Origin: Escherichia phage vB_EcoM_OE5505
Strand: one strand, 5' to 3'
DNA length: 64,000 nucleotides
Sequence record: NC_054926.1
How positions within the stretch are numbered: the stretch's first letter is position 1; every line of letters begins with the position of its first letter. The notes beneath the pieces were generated by a model. It was not told the origin of the DNA. It ran no database searches and saw nothing but the letters and a program-made list of their open reading frames with translations. The position numbers and the translations under genes were made by a program. Shown here piece after piece: positions 8,818 to 21,200 of this stretch.

Positions 8818-9002
8818 TATTCACCTTTAGAAATTTTATCCATAACAATAGCAATTAAACCAATTAAAAATGCTACTACAAGTGAAAACACATTTTCTGC
8901 TGTAGTCAATAATCCACATATAAATCCAACAAACATTGAAAAACTAAAAGCGGAAGCAGAAATTGCAATAGCAACATTTCGAATTAATTCACAACGTTTC
9001 AT
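8817..9002 (-). CDS. Hypothetical small membrane protein
   Basis: 61 aa, two hydrophobic helices (AIAISASAFSFSMFVGFICGLL / LVVAFLIGLIAIV). Confidence 0.55.
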   Translation of the reverse strand: MKRCELIRNVAIAISASAFSFSMFVGFICGLLTTAENVFSLVVAFLIGLIAIVMDKISKGE

Positions 9003-9021
9003 TTTATTCTCCTCAGTAGTA

Positions 9022-9049
9022 GATAGGGTAATAGTATCACTACCCTATC
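9022..9049 (-). repeat. Intercistronic hairpin module (copy C)
   Basis: GATAGGGTA-ATAGTATCAC-TACCCTATC, 9-bp stem; related copies at 9321-9352 and 9651-9678. Confidence 0.6.
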
Positions 9050-9060
9050 TAAAAGTAAAC

Positions 9061-9294
9061 TTATTTTTTACGAAAAATTGATTTATTTTCTGCTGCCCAT
9101 TTTTCAATAACTGCAGCAGGACCAGTAACAACAATTTTATCACCGTAATCTTCTGCGGCGAGTTGACCGAAATTATCTAATGCATCACGAAGAACTCCAT
9201 GAGGCATTTCACCCATTTTATCTTTCTTGCCAGTGTAAATAAACTCAACTTTTACATCAGCAGTTTCAGCAATAAATTCTTGGTAAGTTTTCAT
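9061..9294 (-). CDS. Capsid-targeted internal protein (IPI-like)
   Basis: Starts MKTYQEFIAE (canonical T4 IP capsid targeting sequence) at second ATG; 77 aa. Confidence 0.8.
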   Translation of the reverse strand: MKTYQEFIAETADVKVEFIYTGKKDKMGEMPHGVLRDALDNFGQLAAEDYGDKIVVTGPAAVIEKWAAENKSIFRKK

Positions 9295-9319
9295 TTTGAT
9301 TTCCATTTGGTTTTGTTTT

Positions 9320-9382
9320 GATAGGGTAATAGTATCACAACTAAAACCCTATGTAAACAACTTTGTGAAATTATTTTAAATC
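9320..9382 (-). repeat. Cassette junction repeat (hairpin plus 33-bp 3-prime-end module, copy B)
   Basis: 33 bp 9350-9382 identical to 9681-9713; preceded by hairpin ATAGGGT...ACCCTAT. Confidence 0.65.
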
Positions 9383-9628
9383 TTCTAATCGTTTCTTCAT
9401 CTTAGAACCATTTTTAGCAATTTCTCCTGCATCGGAGCATAATGCTAAAAGTGCTTTAACTTTAGTTTGGTCTCCTTTAAAAGATGAAGGATCGACCGCA
9501 GCAGCAAGTTCTTTAATACGAGAGAAAAGACGCTCAGCTTCAGCTAAAGCCATTCCAAGCTTTACTTCCATACCGTGGGAAGATTCAGTGATAGTAGTTT
9601 TTGTAGCAAACTCTTTGAAAGTTTTCAT
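9371..9628 (-). CDS. Internal-protein-like protein
   Basis: 85 aa, starts MKTFKEFATK (CTS-like), ends EDLK like 57B; preceded by AGGAAA RBS. Confidence 0.7.
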   Translation of the reverse strand: MKTFKEFATKTTITESSHGMEVKLGMALAEAERLFSRIKELAAAVDPSSFKGDQTKVKALLALCSDAGEIAKNGSKMKKRLEDLK

Positions 9629-9650
9629 TTTTATTTTCCTAATTAATTTT

Positions 9651-10386
<736 letters not shown>

Positions 10387-10387
<1 letters not shown>

Positions 10388-11112
10388 TATAGTACCTTTA
10401 GTGTATTTTTAATTTTAGAAAAAAGTTCTTCAAGAGAACCATCGTTTGTAATTACTAAATCGCCATCACGAATTGGCAATCCAGCTTCTGTAATATGTGT
10501 ATCATTGGATTTTTGACCAGGACGAACTACATGAATTACTGTAGCACCCATCGCCCTAGCCGCATCCATTTCATGATCTTGACGGGTATCAGGAACGATA
10601 TAATAATCATAACCTGAGTTAAATTTATCAAGATAATCTAAAGCAAATAATTTTACCCAGTACATGCGGTCGAAGTTATTAACAATCAAATCCGTACCTA
10701 GGGCTTGCATCAGACGACGGACTGACCATTGATCTTCAATATTATTTATAACGTCAATAATCTTGTTAAATGCTACGGAATTAACTGATTCTTGTCCTTC
10801 GTCATCAAAAACAAACACACCTTTAATTGGGCTTTTACCATTAAGATAGCAAAATGCTTGTTCCATAATCGTGATTACTTCTAATTTAGTTAGATTTAAA
10901 TTAGTCTCACGATCATAGTCAATTCCTTCAAACTCTTTACGAGTTAAGCAAGGATAGTCGGTATTTGCAGCAAATACTCCCCATGCATAAGCCAATGCAT
11001 CCTTAATAGGACCAGCAAGTTGGTATTTAACTGCAGAATAATTGCTCATGATAAAATCAGCAGTAGTATCTTTTCCACTACGCTTTACACCGCTTAAAAA
11101 GATTAGTTTCAT
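10387..11112 (-). CDS. 1: dNMP kinase (gene 1)
   Basis: 241 aa; P-loop GVKRSGKDT; length and position match T4 gp1. Confidence 0.9.
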
Positions 11113-11161
11113 ATGTTTCTCCTCAAATTTAGTTAAGATTATAACACATGAAACTGAAGCA

Positions 11162-11692
11162 TTAAACTTCCGCTATAATTTTTCCATCTTTTTCTACTTG
11201 AAAATACGTATAAGGAATCGTTGCTGTACATACTAAAGCCGGGTCTGAATCTTCTGTGTAGCTAAATTCTACTTCAGATAGGTCAGAAACCCAAGGCTTA
11301 TAAAAATTTATTGACATCACGATTTCAGTTTTGCTATTATCTAAAATGTAAAGCGTAATGTATTCAGGACCTGTTTTTTGGGCAGTATTTTCGCCTGTAA
11401 GATAGTTACTAGTTCCTAGCATCCATTCATACATTCCTATCCACGACTTAAGCTCTTCGTCAACTATAAATCTCACGATGAGTGGATCGTATTCAAATGT
11501 AACTCCTGGACGTTGTGCTCTGCCTAGTCCAAACGGCCCAGTCACGGTATCAGTAACAGGTATCCTAATTCCTGGAATAGGAACTGACTGAGCATTTAAA
11601 GTAAAAGCAGATGTAGTATTACTATGTGGTATTGATACTACAAAGTTAGTTGTATTTGCTTGGTTAAAAATTTGTTGCAGTGCTTGCGACAT
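11162..11692 (-). CDS. 3: Tail completion / sheath stabiliser gp3
   Basis: Position between genes 1 and 2; 176 aa from internal Met (MSQALQQIF), matching T4 gp3 length. Confidence 0.8.
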   Translation of the reverse strand: MSQALQQIFNQANTTNFVVSIPHSNTTSAFTLNAQSVPIPGIRIPVTDTVTGPFGLGRAQRPGVTFEYDPLIVRFIVDEELKSWIGMYEWMLGTSNYLTGENTAQKTGPEYITLYILDNSKTEIVMSINFYKPWVSDLSEVEFSYTEDSDPALVCTATIPYTYFQVEKDGKIIAEV

Positions 11693-11798
11693 ATATTCCT
11701 CATAATGCTTTATAAATGTTGGTGGTATAATGGGTCTAAGTCCCTTCCATTCAATTCCAATTAGAACAAACAATAGAAAAGAATGGAAGATAATAGAA

Positions 11799-12623
11799 TT
11801 AGATATTTGACCAGACTTTGTTTGCAGAGAAACGTTTTCCTTTTGAAACGAACTGCTGAAGTGGCATTAACACAACGTTCGCCCAGTCTTTCGGGGCGAT
11901 TTCAACAAGGCTACCCATAATATTACCGGGGATATATGCCTTAATCATTTGGTCTGCACCCCTAAATCCTTTCACTTGACTCCAATCAATTTTTAATTTC
12001 GTTTTATTAGTAATAGTAGGTGTATTTGAATATTGCTTTAAAAGCTCTTCTAGAAATTGCTGACGAGCTTTAGGTGGAATATAGTGCAAGTTTAATCCAT
12101 ACATTAAATTATGCTTACCTAAACCAAGGTAAATTATTAAAGGAAATTTATCCCAGTAAGGAAGAGTTTCCTTGTGTTTAGCATCATAAGCAAAAGCATA
12201 TATTCGTCCCGGCTGCGGGCGAACAACTTTATGTCCTTTTACTTGCTTAATAGTTTCAGCAAACCACTTTCTGGTTTTATTATTAATTGCTGCACCTTCA
12301 TTACGAATTTTATCACGCAATGTTTGTCTGAATGAATTTATCATAAGCAGTTGTCTTTCTTGCTTATTGAGTTTATTCATTGGTTTTGATTCAAGCTTTT
12401 GAATCTTTTCAGCCGTTTTAATTCCTGAAGCATATTTTGACATTGCTGAAGTAAACGTAGAGTATTTGATTCCTCTTTCTTCAGCAAATTGCTTTCCTGT
12501 CATTCCTTTTGCTTTGGCCTTTTTATATTCAAGACCTATCTGAATCCATTTCTTTTCGTTTAATGATTGCTTAACCTTTGGAACTTGGGGAGTGCTTTCA
12601 TTAATTATTTGAAAAATAGCCAT
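11799..12623 (-). CDS. 2: DNA end protector gp2
   Basis: 274 aa, same length and position as T4 gp2. Confidence 0.85.
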   Translation of the reverse strand: MAIFQIINESTPQVPKVKQSLNEKKWIQIGLEYKKAKAKGMTGKQFAEERGIKYSTFTSAMSKYASGIKTAEKIQKLESKPMNKLNKQERQLLMINSFRQTLRDKIRNEGAAINNKTRKWFAETIKQVKGHKVVRPQPGRIYAFAYDAKHKETLPYWDKFPLIIYLGLGKHNLMYGLNLHYIPPKARQQFLEELLKQYSNTPTITNKTKLKIDWSQVKGFRGADQMIKAYIPGNIMGSLVEIAPKDWANVVLMPLQQFVSKGKRFSANKVWSNI

Positions 12624-13075
12624 TATGCCCCCTTAAAGCCAAGAGCTCGTAATCCATCTTCTGTTAAAATTCTAAATTTTATTCCACGCTTTTCAGCTAA
12701 AGATTGTGCTGCTTTCCATTTGTCGGTGTTAACAGACCAGGTATAAATTTCATTCATAAATCTTTTCTTCGCTGCGGTTGTTAGATGCGCCGGTTTAACT
12801 GGTGGTTGTGTTTCTTTTTTAGGTTTTATTTCAATAAAAAATTCTTGTCCAGAAGAATCTTTCATCCAAATATCCATGAAGTATCTACGTTTTTTCCCTT
12901 CTGCATTACAAAAATAAGGAATTACTGCTGTTTCACTACCCCATGCAATAATTTCTGGATTTTTATCTAACCATTCAAAAAAGAATTTTTCCCAATTTGA
13001 TCTATACGTAATTTTTTTAGGGTCACCTCTATACTTTGATATATTTTTAGGAACCCATTTTCCAGAATATGCCAT
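12623..13075 (-). CDS. 4: Head completion protein gp4
   Basis: 150 aa, length and position as T4 gp4; ATGA overlap with gene 2. Confidence 0.85.
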   Translation of the reverse strand: MAYSGKWVPKNISKYRGDPKKITYRSNWEKFFFEWLDKNPEIIAWGSETAVIPYFCNAEGKKRRYFMDIWMKDSSGQEFFIEIKPKKETQPPVKPAHLTTAAKKRFMNEIYTWSVNTDKWKAAQSLAEKRGIKFRILTEDGLRALGFKGA

Positions 13076-13085
13076 TGGATTCTCC

Positions 13086-13093
13086 TTATAAAT
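13086..13093 (+). promoter_or_regulatory. Late promoter TATAAATA for gene 53
   Basis: Exact TATAAATA 30 nt upstream of gene 53 ATG. Confidence 0.6.
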
Positions 13094-13100
13094 AGATAAT

Positions 13101-13108
13101 ATATTTAT
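13101..13108 (-). promoter_or_regulatory. Late promoter TATAAATA for gene 4 (divergent)
   Basis: TATAAATA on minus strand upstream of gene 4 start. Confidence 0.55.
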
Positions 13109-13122
13109 AAACAGGAGGGCCC

Positions 13123-13713
13123 ATGCTCTTTACATTTTTTGATCCGATTGAATATGCGGCCAAAACGGTGAATAAAAACGCGCCGACTATTCCTATGACA
13201 GATATTTTTAGAAACTATAAAGACTATTTTAAACGCGCTCTTGCGGGATACCGCTTACGTACTTATTATATCAAAGGTTCACCACGCCCGGAAGAATTAG
13301 CAAATACTATATATGGAAATCCACAGTTGTATTGGGTTTTATTGATGTGTAATGATAATTATGACCCGTATTATGGATGGATTACTTCACAAGAAGCAGC
13401 TTATCAAGCATCTATACAAAAATACAAAAATGTAGGTGGAGACCAAATAGTATATCATGTGAATGAGAACGGTGAAAAATTTTATAATTTAATATCATAC
13501 GATGATAATCCATATGTTTGGTATGATAAAGGTGATAAAGCTAGAAAATATCCTCAATATGAAGGAGCACTTGCTGCTGTTAATACGTATGAAGATGCTG
13601 TTCTTGAAAATGAAAAACTTCGTCAAATAAAAATAATAGCAAAATCAGACATTAATTCATTTATGAACGACCTTATACGTATAATGGAGAAATCTTATGG
13701 AAATGATAAGTAA
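13123..13713 (+). CDS. 53: Baseplate wedge protein gp53
   Basis: 196 aa, same length as T4 gp53, directly precedes gene 5. Confidence 0.9.
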   Translation: MLFTFFDPIEYAAKTVNKNAPTIPMTDIFRNYKDYFKRALAGYRLRTYYIKGSPRPEELANTIYGNPQLYWVLLMCNDNYDPYYGWITSQEAAYQASIQKYKNVGGDQIVYHVNENGEKFYNLISYDDNPYVWYDKGDKARKYPQYEGALAAVNTYEDAVLENEKLRQIKIIAKSDINSFMNDLIRIMEKSYGNDK

Positions 13714-15424
13714 TAACCTTAATTGGTTTGTTGGTGTTGTTGAAGATAGAATGGACCCATTAAAATTAGGTCGTGTTCGTGTTCGTGTGGTTGGTCTGCA
13801 TCCACCTCAAAGAGCACAAGGCGATGTAATGGGTATTCCAACTGAAAAATTACCATGGATGTCAGTTATTCAACCTATAACTTCTGCAGCAATGTCTGGA
13901 ATTGGAGGTTCTGTTACTGGACCGGTAGAAGGAACTAGAGTTTATGGTCATTTTTTAGACAAATGGAAAACTAACGGAATTGTCCTTGGCACGTATGGTG
14001 GAATAGTTCGCGAAAAACCGAATAGACTTGAAGGATTTTCTGACCCAACTGGGCAATATCCTAGACGTTTAGGAAATGATACTAATGTATTAAACCAAGG
14101 CGGAGAAGTAGGATATGATTCGTCTTCTAACATTATCCAAGATAGTAACTTAGACACTGCAATAAATCCCGATGATAGACCACTATCAGAGATTCCAACC
14201 GATGATAATCCAAATATGTCAATGGCTGAAATGCTTCGCCGTGATGAAGGATTAAGATTAAAAGTTTATTGGGATACCGAAGGATATCCGACAATTGGTA
14301 TTGGTCATCTTATCATGAAGCAGCCAGTTCGTGATATGGCTCAAATTAATAAAGTTTTATCAAAACAAGTTGGTCGTGAAATTACTGGAAACCCAGGTTC
14401 TATTACGATGGAAGAGGCGACGACTTTATTTGAACGTGATTTGGCTGATATGCAACGGGACATTAAATCACATTCTAAAGTAGGACCAGTCTGGCAAGCT
14501 GTCAACCGTTCTCGTCAAATGGCGTTAGAAAATATGGCATTTCAGATGGGTGTTGGTGGTGTAGCTAAATTTAACACAATGTTAACTGCTATGTTAGCCG
14601 GAGATTGGGAAAAAGCATATAAAGCCGGTCGTGATTCATTGTGGTATCAACAAACAAAAGGCCGTGCATCCCGTGTTACCATGATTATTCTTACGGGAAA
14701 TTTAGAATCATATGGCGTTGAAGTGAAAACCCCAGCTAGGTCTCTATCAGCAATGGCTGCTACTGTAGCTAAATCTTCTGACCCTGCTGACCCTCCTATT
14801 CCAAATGACTCGAGAATTTTATTCAAAGAACCAGTTTCTTCATATAAAGGTGAATATCCTTATGTGCATACAATGGAAACTGAAAGTGGACATATTCAGG
14901 AATTTGATGATACCCCTGGGCAAGAACGATACAGATTAGTTCATCCAACTGGAACTTATGAAGAAGTATCACCGTCAGGAAGAAGAACAAGAAAAACTGT
15001 TGATAATTTGTATGATATAACCAACGCTGATGGTAATTTTTTGGTAGCCGGTGATAAAAAGACTAACGTCGGTGGATCAGAAATTTATTACAACATGGAT
15101 AATCGTCTTCACCAGATAGATGGAAGCAATACAATATTTGTACGTGGCGACGAAACGAAAACTGTTGAAGGCAATGGAACTATCCTAGTTAAAGGTAATG
15201 TTACTATTGTAGTTGAAGGTAATGCTGACATTACAGTTAAAGGAGATGCTACCACTTTAGTTGAAGGAAATCAAACTAACACAGTAAATGGAAATCTTTC
15301 TTGGAAAGTTGCTGGGACAGTTGATTGGGACGTTGGTGGTGATTGGACAGAAAAAATGGCATCTATGAGTTCTATTTCATCTGGTCAATACACAATTGAT
15401 GGATCGAGGATTGACATTGGCTAA
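13697..15424 (+). CDS. 5: Baseplate hub / tail-associated lysozyme gp5
   Basis: 575 aa; internal lysozyme domain paralogous to e (MAEMLRRDEGLRLKVYWDTEGYPTIGIGHL); C-terminal VxGxxxxx beta-helix repeats. Confidence 0.95.
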   Translation: MEMISNNLNWFVGVVEDRMDPLKLGRVRVRVVGLHPPQRAQGDVMGIPTEKLPWMSVIQPITSAAMSGIGGSVTGPVEGTRVYGHFLDKWKTNGIVLGTYGGIVREKPNRLEGFSDPTGQYPRRLGNDTNVLNQGGEVGYDSSSNIIQDSNLDTAINPDDRPLSEIPTDDNPNMSMAEMLRRDEGLRLKVYWDTEGYPTIGIGHLIMKQPVRDMAQINKVLSKQVGREITGNPGSITMEEATTLFERDLADMQRDIKSHSKVGPVWQAVNRSRQMALENMAFQMGVGGVAKFNTMLTAMLAGDWEKAYKAGRDSLWYQQTKGRASRVTMIILTGNLESYGVEVKTPARSLSAMAATVAKSSDPADPPIPNDSRILFKEPVSSYKGEYPYVHTMETESGHIQEFDDTPGQERYRLVHPTGTYEEVSPSGRRTRKTVDNLYDITNADGNFLVAGDKKTNVGGSEIYYNMDNRLHQIDGSNTIFVRGDETKTVEGNGTILVKGNVTIVVEGNADITVKGDATTLVEGNQTNTVNGNLSWKVAGTVDWDVGGDWTEKMASMSSISSGQYTIDGSRIDIG

Positions 15425-15953
15425 TATACTTCCAATGAGCGCTGATTTAGGAGAATCCATGGAAGGTTCTTCTATCGACGTCACCTTTACCGCTCAATTA
15501 GAAACAGGTGAAACGTTAGTATCTATAAATATAACTAGTTACGAAGAAACTCCTGGGGTTTTAGTAGAAGAAAATCGCTTATACGGAACATATGAATCTG
15601 TGTTTGGATTTGGAAATGACGCGTTGAAATATCGTTTAGGCGATGAATTTAAAACTGCTGCTTCATGGGAAGAACTTCCTACTGATTCTGATACTCAGTT
15701 GTATTTATGGAAAGCTCCTCAAAACCTCCAGAAGACATTCACTTACGAAGTAACATTAATATATGACTACCAAGAACAAAGTGAATCTGGAGGTTCTGGC
15801 AGTAATTCTAGGTCATCTTCTGATACTACTGAACCGACAGATCCTCCTGCTCCAGTAAGAAAAACTCTCGTTAAAAATTATACTAAAACTATAGTTGGAA
15901 ATTGGAGTCGTTGGGCTAATAAATTAAGAAGCTATGTGTATGAGAGGTCATAG
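15396..15953 (+). CDS. 5.1: gp5.1-position hypothetical protein
   Basis: 185 aa ORF between genes 5 and 5.4. Confidence 0.75.
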   Translation: MMDRGLTLANILPMSADLGESMEGSSIDVTFTAQLETGETLVSINITSYEETPGVLVEENRLYGTYESVFGFGNDALKYRLGDEFKTAASWEELPTDSDTQLYLWKAPQNLQKTFTYEVTLIYDYQEQSESGGSGSNSRSSSDTTEPTDPPAPVRKTLVKNYTKTIVGNWSRWANKLRSYVYERS

Positions 15954-16247
15954 ATGTCAGGATTAAGTTATGATAAGTGTGTTACTGCCGGCCATGAAGC
16001 ATGGTCTCCAACAGTTGTGAATGCTACACAAAGTAAAGTATTCACTGGAGGAATTGCTGTTCTCGTAGCAGGTGATCCAATTACAGAACATACAGAAATT
16101 AAAAAGCCATATGAAACACATGGCGGAGTGACACAACCTAGAACTTCTAAGGTATATGTCACTGGAAAGAAAGCGGTTCAAATGGCTGATCCAATATCAT
16201 GCGGTGATACTGTGGCTCAGGCATCATCTAAAGTATTCATTAAATAG
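15954..16247 (+). CDS. 5.4: gp5.4 PAAR-repeat spike tip protein
   Basis: 97 aa, same length as T4 gp5.4; Gly/Val-rich PAAR-like sequence. Confidence 0.85.
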   Translation: MSGLSYDKCVTAGHEAWSPTVVNATQSKVFTGGIAVLVAGDPITEHTEIKKPYETHGGVTQPRTSKVYVTGKKAVQMADPISCGDTVAQASSKVFIK

Positions 16248-16255
16248 GATTTAAA

Positions 16256-18238
16256 ATGGCAAATACCCCTGTAAATTATCAATTAACAAGAACAGCAAAT
16301 GCTATTCCCGAGATATTCGTCGGGGGTACATTTGCTGAAATAAAACAAAACCTCATTGAATGGCTTAATGGCCAAAATGAATTTTTGGATTATGATTTTG
16401 AAGGCTCAAGATTAAACGTTCTGTGCGACCTTTTGGCTTATAATACGCTGTACATTCAACAGTTTGGTAATGCTGCTGTGTATGAAAGCTTTATGCGTAC
16501 TGCTAACTTACGAAGTTCAGTTGTTCAAGCTGCACAAGATAACGGATATTTACCTACTTCAAAATCCGCTGCGCAGACCGAAATTATGTTAACATGCACC
16601 GACGCATTGAATAGGAATTACATTACTATTCCTCGCGGAACTCGCTTTTTAGCATATGCAAAAGATACTTCTGTTAATCCATATAACTTCGTTTCTACCG
16701 AAGACGTTATTGCTATTCGTGATAAAAATAACCAATATTTTCCGCGTTTAAAATTGGCCCAGGGACGTATAGTAAGAACTGAAATCATTTATGATAAATT
16801 AACACCTATTATCATTTATGATAAAAATATTGATAGAAACCAGGTTAAATTATACGTTGATGGAGCAGAATGGATTAACTGGACAAGAAAGTCAATGGTT
16901 CATGCTGGTTCTACATCGACAATTTACTACATGCGTGAAACTATTGATGGAAATACTGAATTCTATTTTGGTGAAGGTGAAATTTCTGTTAATGCTTCTG
17001 AAGGAGCTTTGACCGCTAATTATATCGGAGGTCTTAAACCTACTCAGAACTCTACGATTGTTATTGAGTACATCAGTACTAATGGTGCTGACGCGAACGG
17101 AGCAGTCGGATTTTCATACGCAGATACATTAACAAATATAACTGTCATCAATATTAATGAAAATCCAAACGATGACCCAGATTTTGTTGGGGCAGATGGC
17201 GGCGGTGATCCAGAAGATATTGAGCGTATCCGCGAATTGGGTACTATTAAACGCGAAACCCAGCAACGCTGCGTAACTGCGACTGACTATGATACATTCG
17301 TTTCAGAGAGATTTGGTTCTATTATTCAAGCAGTTCAGACTTTCACTGATTCTACTAAACCTGGTTATGCATTTATTGCTGCTAAACCTAAATCAGGTCT
17401 GTATTTAACTACTGTACAGCGTGAAGATATTAAAAATTATCTCAAAGACTATAATTTAGCTCCTATTACGCCATCAATTATTTCTCCTAATTATCTTTTT
17501 ATTAAGACTAATTTAAAAGTCACATATGCTTTAAATAAGCTGCAAGAATCCGAACAGTGGCTCGAAGGTCAAATAATTGATAAAATTGATCGTTATTATA
17601 CCGAAGACGTAGAAATTTTTAATTCATCTTTCGCTAAATCTAAGATGTTGACATATGTAGATGATGCAGATCATTCTATCATTGGCTCATCAGCGACAAT
17701 TCAAATTGTTCGTGAAGTACAAAACTTCTATAAAACGCCTGAAGCAGGTATTAAATACAATAATCAAATAAAAGATCGTTCTATGGAATCTAATACGTTT
17801 TCATTTAATTCTGGACGAAAGGTTGTAAATCCTGATACTGGTTTAGAAGAAGATGTATTATATGACGTTCGCATAGTATCAACAGACCGAGATTCTAAAG
17901 GAATTGGTAAAGTTATTATTGGTCCATTTGCTTCTGGCGATGTTACAGAAAATGAAAACATTCAGCCATATACAGGCAACGATTTTAACAAATTAGCAAA
18001 TTCTGATGGACGCGACAAATACTATGTTATCGGTGAAATAAATTATCCAGCTGATGTGATTTATTGGAATATCGCTAAAATTAATTTAACATCTGAAAAA
18101 TTTGAAGTTCAGACCATCGAATTATATTCTGACCCAACCGATGATGTTATCTTTACTCGCGACGGTTCACTGATTGTATTTGAAAATGACTTACGTCCAC
18201 AATACTTAACTATCGATTTGGAGCCTATATCACAATGA
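16256..18238 (+). CDS. 6: Baseplate wedge protein gp6
   Basis: 660 aa, length and order as T4. Confidence 0.92.
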   Translation: MANTPVNYQLTRTANAIPEIFVGGTFAEIKQNLIEWLNGQNEFLDYDFEGSRLNVLCDLLAYNTLYIQQFGNAAVYESFMRTANLRSSVVQAAQDNGYLPTSKSAAQTEIMLTCTDALNRNYITIPRGTRFLAYAKDTSVNPYNFVSTEDVIAIRDKNNQYFPRLKLAQGRIVRTEIIYDKLTPIIIYDKNIDRNQVKLYVDGAEWINWTRKSMVHAGSTSTIYYMRETIDGNTEFYFGEGEISVNASEGALTANYIGGLKPTQNSTIVIEYISTNGADANGAVGFSYADTLTNITVININENPNDDPDFVGADGGGDPEDIERIRELGTIKRETQQRCVTATDYDTFVSERFGSIIQAVQTFTDSTKPGYAFIAAKPKSGLYLTTVQREDIKNYLKDYNLAPITPSIISPNYLFIKTNLKVTYALNKLQESEQWLEGQIIDKIDRYYTEDVEIFNSSFAKSKMLTYVDDADHSIIGSSATIQIVREVQNFYKTPEAGIKYNNQIKDRSMESNTFSFNSGRKVVNPDTGLEEDVLYDVRIVSTDRDSKGIGKVIIGPFASGDVTENENIQPYTGNDFNKLANSDGRDKYYVIGEINYPADVIYWNIAKINLTSEKFEVQTIELYSDPTDDVIFTRDGSLIVFENDLRPQYLTIDLEPISQ

Positions 18239-21200
18239 CAGTAAAAGCACCTTCAGTCACTAGTCTCAGAATTTCCAAGTTATCCGCAAATCAGGTGCAA
18301 GTACGCTGGGATGACGTTGGTGCTAATTTCTACTATTTTGTAGAAATCGCTGAGACAAAAACGAACTCGGGGGAAAATCTCCCGAGTAATCAATACAGAT
18401 GGATTAACTTAGGATATACTGCAAATAACAGCTTCTTTTTTGATGATGCTGACCCATTGACATCATACATTATCAGAGTAGCTACAGCTGCGCAAGATTT
18501 TGAGCAGTCTGAATGGATTTATACCGAAGAGTTTGAAACTTTTGCTACAAATGCTTATACATTTCAAAACATGATTGAAATGCAATTAGCCAATAAATTC
18601 ATTCAGGAAAAATTTACTCTTAATAATTCTGATTATGTTAATTTTAACAATGACACTATAATGGCTGCATTGATGAATGAATCATTTCAATTCAGCCCAT
18701 CGTATGTTGATGTTTCATCAATAAGTAATTTTATTATTGGTGAAAATGAGTATCATGAAATACAAGGTTCTATTCAGCAAGTATGTAAGGATATTAACCG
18801 AGTTTATTTGATGGAATCAGAAGGAATTCTATATCTTTTTGAGCGCTATCAACCTGTAGTTAAAGTATCCAATGATAAAGGACAAACCTGGAAAGCCGTA
18901 AAGCTCTTCAATGACCGTGTAGGATATCCTTTATCTAAGACAGTATATTACCAATCTGCGAACACAACATACGTTCTAGGATACGACAAGATTTTCTATG
19001 GCCGTAAATCGACTGACGTTAGATGGTCAGCAGATGATGTCAGATTCAGTTCGCAGGATATAACATTTGCTAAACTTGGCGACCAGTTACATTTAGGATT
19101 TGATGTAGAAATCTTTGGTACTTATGCGACTTTACCAGCGAATGTATATCGTATAGCTGAAGCCATTACTTGTACGGATGATTATATCTATGTTGTTGCC
19201 AGAGATAAAGTTAGATATATAAAAACGAGCAATGCACCTATAGATTCTGATCCATTATCTCCAACATATTCGGAAAGGCTATTTGAACCTGATACAATGA
19301 CTATAACTGGAAATCCTAAAGCAGTATGCTATAAAATGGATTCTATTGGTGATAAAGTTTTTGCTCTTATTATCGGTGAAGTTGAAACATTAAATGCTAA
19401 TCCTAGAACATCAAAAATAATTGATTCTGCTGATAAAGGAATATATGTTTTAAATCATGGCACGAAAACATGGAAAAGAGTTTTTGGCAACACTGAAGAA
19501 GAAAGAAGACGTATTCAACCCGGATATGCAAATATGTCAACTGATGGTAAATTAGTTTCTCTGTCTTCGAGTAATTTTAAATTTTTAAGTGATAACATTG
19601 TTAATGACCCTGAAACTGTGGTGAAATATCAGTTAATCGGTGCTGTTAAATATGAATTTCCACGTGAATGGTTAGCTGATAAGCATTATCATATGATGGC
19701 ATTTATAGCAGATGAAAAATCTGATTGGGAAACTTTTACGCCTCAGCCGATGAAATACTATGCAGAACCATTCTTTAACTGGTCTAAAAAATCTAACACA
19801 CGCTGTTGGATAAACAACTCTGACAGAGCTGTAGTAGTTTATGCTGATTTAAAATATACCAAAGTTATTGAAAATTTTCCAGAAACATCGCCAGATAGAT
19901 TAGTTCATGAATACTGGGATGATGGTGATTGTACGATAGTAATGCCAAATGTTAAATTCACGGGATTTAAAAAATATGCGTCTGGGATGCTTTTTTATAA
20001 ATCTTCTGGTGAAATAATTTCTTATTATGATTTTAACTATCGTGTGAGAGATACAGTAGAAATTATTTGGAAGCCGACTGGAGTATTTTTAAAAGCATTT
20101 TTACAAAACCAAGAGCATGAGACTCCTTGGTCGCCAGAAGAAGAGCATGGATTAGCTGACCCTGATTTAAGACCATTAATTGGCACAATGATGCCTGATT
20201 CTTATTTGTTGCAGGATTCGAATTTTGAGGCATTTTGTGAAGCATATATTCAATATCTTTCTGACGGATACGGAACTCAGTATAATAATTTACGAAATTT
20301 AATTCGTAATCAGTATCCACGAGAAGAGCATGCGTGGGAATATTTGTGGTCAGAGATATATAAAAGAAACATTTATTTAAATGCTGACAAACGTGATGCT
20401 GTTGCAAGATTTTTTGAATCACGTAGTTATGATTTTTATTCTACTAAAGGAATTGAAGCATCATACAAATTTCTTTTTAAAGTTCTTTATAATGAAGAAG
20501 TTGAAATTGAAATTGAATCTGGGGCTGGTACTGAATATGACATAATCGTTCAATCTGATTCTTTGACTGAAGATTTAGTAGGACAAACGATTTATACAGC
20601 CACAGGAAGATGTAATGTTACTTATATAGAAAGAAGTTATTCTAATGGTAAATTGCAATGGACCGTAACTATTCATAATCTTTTGGGAAGATTAATTGCT
20701 GGTCAAGAAGTTAAAGCAGAAAGACTCCCTAGTTTTGAAGGCGAAATTATTCGTGGAGTTAAAGGAAAGGATTTGCTTCAAAACAATATAGACTATATTA
20801 ATAGAAGTAGATCATACTATGTAATGAAAATTAAATCCAATTTACCTTCTTCCCGCTGGAAATCTGACGTTATTCGTTTTGTTCATCCAGTAGGGTTTGG
20901 ATTTATAGCAATTACCCTTTTAACGATGTTTATTAATGTTGGTTTAACTCTTAAACATACAGAGACTATAATTAATAAATACAAAAACTATAAATGGGAT
21001 TCTGGATTGCCTACTGAATATGCTGATAGAGTAGCTAAATTAACTCCAACCGGTGAAATTGAGTATGATTCAGTAACAGGCGAAGCAATTTATGAGCCTG
21101 GCCCAATGGCTGGTGTAGAATATCCTCTTCCTGATGACTATAATGCTGAAAATAATAATTCAATATTTCAAGGTCAATTGCCGTCTGAACGACGTAAATT

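Noticed and set aside
15963-16181. Two overlapping minus-strand ORFs (72 and 64 aa) inside gene 5.4
   Set aside because: Antisense to the conserved PAAR-type gp5.4 gene; Cys-rich artefact frames.
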